From IMG/VR virus record IMGVR_UViG_3300008055_000088: a stretch of DNA of 39,609 nt. One strand, given 5' to 3'. The notes under the pieces are model-generated. The model had not been told where the DNA came from. It made no database searches and worked only from the letters and a program-made list of their open reading frames with translations. Of the stretch, positions 33,955 to 39,609 are shown in pieces. Source of the DNA: a virus. A program made the translations under genes and the position numbers. How positions within the stretch are numbered: the first letter of the stretch is position 1; each line of letters opens with the position of its first letter.

Positions 33955-34119
33955 TTACTTGCTGCGTGAACCGCGAGTTCCGCTTGGATTGCTTGAGAAA
34001 TATGTCTTGCCACCCTTTGAGGATGCCTTCTTAGCAAGCATTGGCTTTGCTACATTTGGCTTTCCTGCTGAACCTTGGTTTGCTGGCTTCTTGCCTGCTG
34101 CCTTCTTCATTTTCTTCAT
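33955..34119 (-). CDS. Small Lys-rich basic protein (54 aa)
   Basis: ATG 34119 with GGAGGTG upstream. Translation is MKKMKKAAGKKPANQGSAGKPNVAKPMLAKKASSKGGKTYFSSNPSGTRGSRSK. Below the ORF-track cut-off. Confidence 0.55.
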   Translation of the reverse strand: MKKMKKAAGKKPANQGSAGKPNVAKPMLAKKASSKGGKTYFSSNPSGTRGSRSK

Positions 34120-34131
34120 ATCGTCACCTCC

Positions 34132-35952
34132 CTACGCAACTGGTAGTCGTCTTACGAGGGAAGCCTGAAGATTAGGTTCACCTCTTTGAGTTAAACTTGC
34201 TAAAAGCGATTGAACATCGGGTCTACCACCAGGAGCAATTTGTCCAGGTGCTACACCTTGCATACGACCTGTTGCAGACATACCCATAGGAAGTTCGCCC
34301 TCACCTGGAGGGACCGCACCTGGTTGCCCAATCATGTCGGGACTTACTACTTCAGGGGTCATCGCTCCAGGTGGGGGATTCTGAGGCTGGAACGCATCAG
34401 ATACTGCTCTTTCAATAGAGGCACCTTTTTGGCGTTCATTTATGACGGTAGATAATTTATACAAAATATCTGATGGGTCTTGTCCCTGTGAAGCAAGTGC
34501 TGGAATTGCTTGTGCATAAGATGCGATTGCTTGTTTCATTGCATCGCGTAAATCTTCGGTATCAACTTTTTCTTCTTCTTGGGTTGCATTGAAAGAGAAA
34601 GGCATCTGACGGCGTAGAAAGTCACGGGAAATTAATTTATCTCCACGAGCCTGTAGACCAAAGACCAATGCACGGTTTGGGTCAAGTCCTGCCATCAAAC
34701 CATACTGAACATCAACAGTGTAGTCACCGTCAATGTCGCGTGATGGTTTATATTTAATTGCGTATGGAACTCCATTGCGTGTACCACGGAGTTCTTTTTC
34801 CATAGTATCAAAAACTTTTTCATCAATCTTAAGTGCAAGGCTAAGAAGTTCTACGAAGGCACGGGCAAACATTGCATGGGCTGTTTTGATTTGTGTATCA
34901 AAGCCACCCATAAGGGCTTGTACGCCACGACCTGTAACGATAGAGGCATCAATGTTTCCTGTACGAGATTCAGGATAGCGAGAACCTAGACGAAGTTCTC
35001 CCTCAAGTACCTGCTGTTGTGCAAAAGCACCTGCTGGTATCTCAATAGGCAATCTGCGAACATCGCCAGGTCTGTCAGTTCTAATAACAGCATCTGGTCC
35101 AAAGGCTAACTCATTTACATCTTGAGGGGCTACAAGGGGGGCTTGAACTGCTTTAGTAGCAGCCTCAAGCGATAGAAGTGCGTAACGAGCCTTTGCAACT
35201 TGAATTGCAAGAACATCGTCAAATTGACCCCGCGCTTGACCATCTAAGGATGGTCGCTGAACAACGCGTATAAGACACTCGCCAATTGGATTAGGCGCAC
35301 GGTCAATAACAATATTGTTTCTTGATGGAACAAAGATGATGTCTTGGTCTTTGTCATGATAGCGAACAATCTCCATCATAGAAGCAGTTGAGTCTTTGTC
35401 ATATAGTAGATGGGCATACTCTGGGTATGCGCTCATTAGTTCTGCTAATGACTTTTTAATTCTTTGGTACATGCCATGTACTTTTCCAAATCTATCAATG
35501 ATTGGATAGCATCCATAAGAATCTAAGAAACGGATGCGTGGCATGTTGTGTTCTAAATCAACTTCAACTTGAGCAGGTACGAAACCATAGGTTACATAAC
35601 GGTCTGCTGCGTTAAACATTTGAGTTTGCATGTCTGAGAAATCAATAATGCCGTTAACGATTTCTTCTCGCTTATCGGCTTTCTTGCGTTCTTTTTCAGA
35701 CACCATAGATGGGGAATTACAGTTAAATGCGGGTAGTGGCGCTATAACTTCAGATAAATCACGAGCCGATATATCCACCATGTTTGCAACGATTGGATTC
35801 TCAAATGGTCCATCTGGGAATAAATCTGGGAAAACATCGCGCATGCGACCCTTACGAACAAGAAGTACTTGTTCCATGCGGGTGTCACGGTCAGAATACA
35901 TTTGACGGTAACGGTCATAATTATCTTTAATTTCGTCTAGCGAGAGTGGCAC
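34132..35952 (-). CDS. Portal protein
   Basis: 606 aa, immediately downstream of TerL. GTG 35952 lies 5 nt after AGGAGG (the track start 35958 abuts the SD). Confidence 0.7.
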   Translation of the reverse strand: MPLSLDEIKDNYDRYRQMYSDRDTRMEQVLLVRKGRMRDVFPDLFPDGPFENPIVANMVDISARDLSEVIAPLPAFNCNSPSMVSEKERKKADKREEIVNGIIDFSDMQTQMFNAADRYVTYGFVPAQVEVDLEHNMPRIRFLDSYGCYPIIDRFGKVHGMYQRIKKSLAELMSAYPEYAHLLYDKDSTASMMEIVRYHDKDQDIIFVPSRNNIVIDRAPNPIGECLIRVVQRPSLDGQARGQFDDVLAIQVAKARYALLSLEAATKAVQAPLVAPQDVNELAFGPDAVIRTDRPGDVRRLPIEIPAGAFAQQQVLEGELRLGSRYPESRTGNIDASIVTGRGVQALMGGFDTQIKTAHAMFARAFVELLSLALKIDEKVFDTMEKELRGTRNGVPYAIKYKPSRDIDGDYTVDVQYGLMAGLDPNRALVFGLQARGDKLISRDFLRRQMPFSFNATQEEEKVDTEDLRDAMKQAIASYAQAIPALASQGQDPSDILYKLSTVINERQKGASIERAVSDAFQPQNPPPGAMTPEVVSPDMIGQPGAVPPGEGELPMGMSATGRMQGVAPGQIAPGGRPDVQSLLASLTQRGEPNLQASLVRRLPVA

Positions 35953-35966
35953 ACCCACCTCCTGTT

Positions 35967-37823
35967 CTAATAGATGTCGCTTAGTGATACGGTGTATTGC
36001 TTTGATTTGTCGTATGGAGTATGAAACATATTTAAACTGTTATGTGTACGAGCAAAGGTTCTTGCATTAGCAACACGGTCACGACAGCCAAGTTCAGCAA
36101 ACCAAAACGCCATCACGGTATCGGTCTTTTGTGATTTTGGAGAATCTGGATACCAAGTAATGAGTTGTTCAATTAAACTTTTAATACCTTCTGAGGCGTG
36201 AGTTGATGGGAACTCAATGAGTGCATCTCCATCTTCCCAACCATGGAATAGTGTCGTCAGGGATGCAACTCCGAAGTTCGTGTCCCATTTGTTTTGACCC
36301 GTGTGATGTTCTCTTAGGGTCGCACCCCGTGACGAAAGGTATTCGCGTACCTCACGGTCCTGAGTTAACATTGTTTGAAAAGCATTTTTTTCAATACGCC
36401 ACTCAGAAATTTTGTAGTCATCAGTCCAGTCTTTGATTAAACTTCTAATCTCATCTGGCTTCATGCCTGGTTTATTTGACACATCTATCAGGTATCGTTT
36501 CTGAGTAGAAATATCAATGGCTAGACATACGGCTGCGGTGTAACCGCTACCTGCAGGGTCTAAGCCAGCAATAACAATAAGTCCATCCATGCCATTAGGT
36601 CTTACGCCTGCTTTACCTTTTGGTATGCGCCCTACATTTCTAGCGCCATTAATAACGCCTTTGATGGCATCAGATGGAAATGCTGAATCTTCATGTACTT
36701 GTTGCTGTTGATAGACCATAGCCCAAAGATTTGGTGATAGACGGCTACGCTTTTTATTCAAAGCATGACCATCCCACTTGCGATATAAGCCATCTGCATC
36801 AGGGCTACCTACTCCAGATACTGGAGCCATGTTGGTCTTAGCCCAGAGGGTTACCCACTTAGAGGGGTCCTCATTAAATTCAAGTACTGCAGGTTGTGCA
36901 AAGTAAGTCCAAGGTGAATTCTCATCTGGGTAGCGCATAGGGTCGCGTACCTCGGAGTATAAATCTTTAGGGCGTAGGCGAGTGCCTATGATAAGAAGTT
37001 TGCCGCCGTTATCATCAATACGGGACATAACCTCGGATTGAATCCAATCAATCTGTTTTTCATACTCATGGGCATTGGTGTTATCCACGCAGTCATCCAT
37101 GATGATTAAGTCAGCACGAGCGCCATAGATATGACCCCTAATACCGACAGCCTGTACGGTAGGGTCTTTTTCTCCTGAGTCACGAGCCTCTGAGGAGAGG
37201 TAAATTAAGTCCTGCTTCCATGAATCAGAATTCTTTTCAAAACCACCTGGAGGTCCAAAGGTTAGTTGTAAGTCCTGATACTTAGGATGTGTTAGTCTGT
37301 TCTTAATGGAGAGCAGGAACTTTTGCGCCATAGCCTGTGTCTTAGACACAATCATGATTCTGATGTTTGGGTTCTGGCAAATCCGATAGACCGCATAGTT
37401 AACCGTGATGGTTGTAGACTTTGCGTGTTCTGGAGGGGTGTTAACGATTAATAAATCTGGAGCGCCTTGTTCATAGGTTATGGCAGGGTGTATATCCGTA
37501 GGCTGCCTGCCTTCTAATAAATCTATCCAATGGCGTTGGTGTGTAAATACCTGAGTGCCTAGATACTTTTCTGAAAACTCAGGGAAGGGTGGTACTTCCC
37601 CTCGTACACCGCCTATTTCGCCACGAGCAGTCATAGAGCGTACTTTGTCCACAGCAGTGGCAAAGGCAGTATCTACCTTTCGGTAGTACTCATAGGTCTT
37701 AACAGACCTGCCTACGGCATCCATAGCACGCTGGACAGAGTAGCCTTGCATTAAAAAATCAATAACTTGCTTCTTGATGGCATCACTTTGATGCGAAGCA
37801 GAGGTAGTTCGTTTTCTTTCCAT
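35967..37823 (-). CDS. terL: Terminase large subunit with an N-terminal HTH-like extension
   Basis: Walker-B-like DLIIMDDCVD, a P-loop-like PPEHAKSTT, and a nuclease-domain motif IAGLDPAGSG. ATG 37823 with GGGAG upstream is preferred to the track start (TTG 37835). Confidence 0.85.
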   Translation of the reverse strand: MERKRTTSASHQSDAIKKQVIDFLMQGYSVQRAMDAVGRSVKTYEYYRKVDTAFATAVDKVRSMTARGEIGGVRGEVPPFPEFSEKYLGTQVFTHQRHWIDLLEGRQPTDIHPAITYEQGAPDLLIVNTPPEHAKSTTITVNYAVYRICQNPNIRIMIVSKTQAMAQKFLLSIKNRLTHPKYQDLQLTFGPPGGFEKNSDSWKQDLIYLSSEARDSGEKDPTVQAVGIRGHIYGARADLIIMDDCVDNTNAHEYEKQIDWIQSEVMSRIDDNGGKLLIIGTRLRPKDLYSEVRDPMRYPDENSPWTYFAQPAVLEFNEDPSKWVTLWAKTNMAPVSGVGSPDADGLYRKWDGHALNKKRSRLSPNLWAMVYQQQQVHEDSAFPSDAIKGVINGARNVGRIPKGKAGVRPNGMDGLIVIAGLDPAGSGYTAAVCLAIDISTQKRYLIDVSNKPGMKPDEIRSLIKDWTDDYKISEWRIEKNAFQTMLTQDREVREYLSSRGATLREHHTGQNKWDTNFGVASLTTLFHGWEDGDALIEFPSTHASEGIKSLIEQLITWYPDSPKSQKTDTVMAFWFAELGCRDRVANARTFARTHNSLNMFHTPYDKSKQYTVSLSDIY

Positions 37824-38182
37824 AGCATCTCCCAAGACGGGGTATTTGGAGTCTTGGGGCTAAACTCCTAACCGAAGGCGTAGTCTAAACGAAGCCGAAG
37901 GTTAGGGCTTCTACTAGGGCGACCCATAGGGTCGCAGTTAAGTGTTCGGAGGCTCCGATAATTTTGCCTCCTCACTAATACTATAGGTGTCCAAAAGGTC
38001 CTTAGCGGACACTTTTGGGCATGTGATTTACGCCACATTTATAGTAAATCAGCAAAAGTGCAGGTCAGAGCCACATTTATGGGGGGCGAGGACTAGCAAA
38101 GTTATGTAAGTAGATACATACACATACACACGCCGCGTTTTTAAAAACCCTGGGGTGCGATTTTGCATCGCGCACCCGCTCT

Positions 38183-38358
38183 CTGCATAGTGTTTAAACC
38201 CTGCACGCTGCAATGCTGCACTGCTCACGCTCCCACTAGCAGCACTGGCGCGGGTGGAGGCGCTTACTCTGCATTGATAGCGCCCCCGCTCTGCACGCAT
38301 CGCCCCGCGCCCCGTGTTTAAACTTTGCAGGCTCTGCACCCGCCCCGCCTGCACTGCA
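38183..38358. repeat. GC-rich block with nine CTGCA pentamers and two CCCGCTCT..GCA units
   Basis: Read directly. Two GTTTAAAC copies (38192 and 38316) are embedded 124 bp apart. Confidence 0.8.
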
Positions 38359-38389
38359 TCAATCGCAGAGGGCAGGCAGAGGCTCATAA

Positions 38390-38405
38390 GTTACCGATGA
38401 GTAAC
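38390..38405. promoter_or_regulatory. Operator-like inverted repeat GTTAC-N6-GTAAC (copy 1)
   Basis: Sequence is GTTACCGATGAGTAAC. Followed by CCTCAAAAAAGCAG and a TAAAAT -10-like hexamer at 38420..38425. Confidence 0.45.
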
Positions 38406-38494
38406 CTCAAAAAAGCAGTTAAAATAGCAAGCCATCTCACATGCCCAATATCTTAAGATGCAAAAACATAGCGTAAAATAATGCTTTGCTCATG

Positions 38495-38510
38495 GTTACT
38501 CGCTGGTAAC
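38495..38510. promoter_or_regulatory. Operator-like inverted repeat GTTAC-N6-GTAAC (copy 2)
   Basis: Sequence is GTTACTCGCTGGTAAC. It lies 105 bp from copy 1, start to start. Confidence 0.45.
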
Positions 38511-38614
38511 TTACAGCCCATAGTTTAAACACGCAGCCCATCTCAAGCCATGGCAGATAATCAAAGTGTTTAAACCCCTCAAAAAGCAGCGTCAAATAAT
38601 GACTTTTGAGATGC

Positions 38615-38643
38615 TTGAGTTTAAACGCCAAAGATGCAACAAT
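38615..38643 (+). promoter_or_regulatory. Candidate early promoter (TTGAGT-17 nt-AACAAT) overlapping a GTTTAAAC
   Basis: Hexamers at 38615..38620 and 38638..38643, about 40 nt upstream of ATG 38685. Weak -10. Confidence 0.2.
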
Positions 38644-38684
38644 CAGACCGTGGCACCGCGCCACACTCAGACTGGAGGCACCAA

Positions 38685-38858
38685 ATGACTCAAGGCATCA
38701 CGGTTGCAGAGGTTGCAAAACCAAAGCAGACCACCCGTCTACGCAAAGTTCTTTGCGAGGTAGACGGTTATATTGCAAGAATCTCCCGCTCCACACTTAT
38801 CACCTATGGCAGCCCAATCTGCCCTGCATGCAATCAAGCCATGAAAGAGGTCAAATAA
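38685..38858 (+). CDS. Hypothetical protein (57 aa), first gene of the early arm
   Basis: ATG 38685 with GGAGG 8 nt upstream, preferred to the track start at 38634. Confidence 0.6.
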   Translation: MTQGITVAEVAKPKQTTRLRKVLCEVDGYIARISRSTLITYGSPICPACNQAMKEVK

Positions 38859-38860
38859 TC

Positions 38861-39609
38861 ATGAGCATTACTTTTGGCATGGAGTTTGAAATCCAAGGCT
38901 TGAGCCCTGCAAGGGCATCAGATTGTCTAAATAGGGCAGGCATTGATTGCGATTTAGGCGATGGCACATGGTCATCAAAATATGATGGCAGCGTGCAAAA
39001 TGGCGCAGAGGTCATCTCTCCAATACTCACCACCCCTCGCCTCAATGAGGCGCACAAAGTAACCAAAGCGCTCAAAGCAGGTGGCGCACGGGTAGACCGT
39101 GCCACGGGTTTCCATGTCCATATTGGAATCCAATCCTTGGCAGCGCCTGAATCTAATCGCTCGCCTGCGTTCAATCTCGCCAATCTAGTTTTGAATTGGT
39201 ACGCAGCGCATCACGCGATTGCAGCGCTAGTTGCACCATCCCGTTTAAACAATCGCTACTGCAAAGTTCTAGGCGAGGCACATGCCACGGAGCAGGCAAG
39301 TTATAGCAGCAATGGCAGCAGAGGCGCATGGAACCAAAACCGCTATGTCAGCCTCAACCTAGAATCTATGCACCGCCATGGCACCGTGGAGGCACGCCTG
39401 CACCAAGGCACCTTGAACGGTGTAAAAGCAATCGCATGGAGCCAATTCATCAGCGCCTTCATAGATGCAACCGCTAACAAGGGTTTAAACGCCCTAGACA
39501 TGACTGGACTCAGCCCATGGAGCCATGAGCGTGGAATCTATCGCAGCGTTAATGAGTGCCACATATTGCTGGATGCCTTGGTAGGTCTAGGCAGTTTAAA
39601 CGCCTCAAC
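38861..39609 (+). CDS. Amidoligase_2-type (GCS2 / glutamine-synthetase-like carboxylate-amine ligase) protein; open at the window end, continues at 100..142
   Basis: My own translation gives FGMEFEIQG, GAEVISP, GFHVHIG and GTVEARLHQGT motifs with no stop before the window end. It is absent from the ORF track because it lacks an in-window stop. Total is 263 aa after circular joining. Confidence 0.75.
   Translation, partial: MSITFGMEFEIQGLSPARASDCLNRAGIDCDLGDGTWSSKYDGSVQNGAEVISPILTTPRLNEAHKVTKALKAGGARVDRATGFHVHIGIQSLAAPESNRSPAFNLANLVLNWYAAHHAIAALVAPSRLNNRYCKVLGEAHATEQASYSSNGSRGAWNQNRYVSLNLESMHRHGTVEARLHQGTLNGVKAIAWSQFISAFIDATANKGLNALDMTGLSPWSHERGIYRSVNECHILLDALVGLGSLNAS
39511..39609. repeat. 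Terminal direct overlap, identical to 1..99
   Basis: Same 99-nt string as the window start. Confidence 0.95.

Larger units (their letters stand above)
37836..38684. promoter_or_regulatory. 850-bp non-coding control region between the divergent late and early arms (candidate ori, promoters and operators)
   Basis: No credible ORF. Five stem-loops, a CTGCA-repeat GC-rich block, two GTTAC-N6-GTAAC inverted repeats, five GTTTAAAC copies and one GTTTTTAAAAAC. Confidence 0.7.
84..39601. repeat. Dispersed iterated palindrome GTTTAAAC (41 unique copies plus 1 in the duplicated end)
   Basis: Exact-word scan by eye. Start coordinates are listed in the first finding. Confidence 0.9.

Noticed and set aside
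33938-34168. Plus-strand 76-aa ORF
   Set aside because: It is antisense to the SD-preceded 54-aa Lys-rich gene and to the portal 3' end. It is the only + strand ORF in the late arm.
37831-38012. tRNA or other small RNA gene among the five hairpins
   Set aside because: No cloverleaf arrangement is present and there are no conserved T-loop or D-loop boxes. The hairpins are independent stem-loops.
38049-38664. Minus-strand ORFs 38049..38387 and 38437..38664 in the control region
   Set aside because: They have Arg/Ser/Ala- or repeat-driven composition and no ribosome-binding site. They are built from the CTGCA and GTTTAAAC repeat blocks and sit upstream of the late-operon start. I treat them as non-coding.
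38851-39183. Minus-strand 110-aa ORF
   Set aside because: It is antisense to the well-supported amidoligase ORF, and the track lacks the sense ORF only because that ORF has no in-window stop.
1-39609. GTTTAAAC excess as a by-product of base composition or of Phe-Lys / Leu-Asn dipeptide usage
   Set aside because: The motif occurs in three frames, on both coding strands and in at least 14 clearly non-coding positions. Flanks are not conserved. Composition alone predicts about one copy.
1-39609. Physical direct terminal repeats of 99 bp
   Set aside because: The repeat lies inside a coding sequence and has a k-mer-like length, so a circular-assembly overlap is the simpler explanation.
1-39609. 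Lysogeny module (integrase, excisionase, CI-like repressor, attP)
   Set aside because: No ORF shows tyrosine- or serine-recombinase or repressor motifs. The operator-like repeats at 38390 and 38495 are not enough to call the phage temperate.

Overview
This window appears to be one complete, circularly closed dsDNA phage genome. The first 99 nt are identical to the last 99 nt, giving a unique length of 39,510 bp. All product calls rest on motifs I recognise in the supplied translations; no homology search was possible.

Host and lifestyle. A WhiB-like regulator, Gly-rich and Ser/Ala-repeat tail fibres, and a LAS/M15-type endolysin point to an actinobacterial host. I saw no integrase or repressor, so the phage is probably lytic. 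I saw no tape-measure, major-tail, DNA polymerase or tRNA genes, which suggests a podovirus-like layout.

Architecture:
- An 850-bp non-coding control region lies at 37836..38684.
- A rightward early arm runs from 38685 across the circular junction to 4076. It carries an Amidoligase_2-type enzyme, micro-ORFs, a class-II glutamine amidotransferase and a terminator. These are followed by small proteins, a secreted lysozyme-like transglycosylase and the WhiB-like protein.
- A leftward arm starts at 37823. It carries TerL, portal, a 2221-aa virion protein with an embedded R-STS-ExE ADP-ribosyltransferase motif, scaffold, major capsid, small Lys-rich proteins, tail fibres and a lysis cassette (to 11082).
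- After a bidirectional terminator and one isolated rightward Zn-ribbon gene, a leftward replication and regulation module spans 10627..4136. It carries a Cas4-like exonuclease, a DnaB/RecA-like helicase, a glycosyltransferase, a PD-(D/E)XK nuclease, a split primase, a sigma factor and a dNMP kinase.

Most unusual signal. The perfect 8-bp palindrome GTTTAAAC (the PmeI site) occurs 41 times, against roughly one expected. It appears in all reading frames, on both coding strands and in intergenic DNA. Copies are strongly concentrated (33 of 41) in the 8.9 kb of control region, early genes and replication genes.

Other leads:
- the early amidoligase/amidotransferase cassette
- the repeat-dense control region
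- a polyproline micro-ORF
- the split primase
- a set of histone-tail-like Lys/Ala-rich micro-proteins in the virion module
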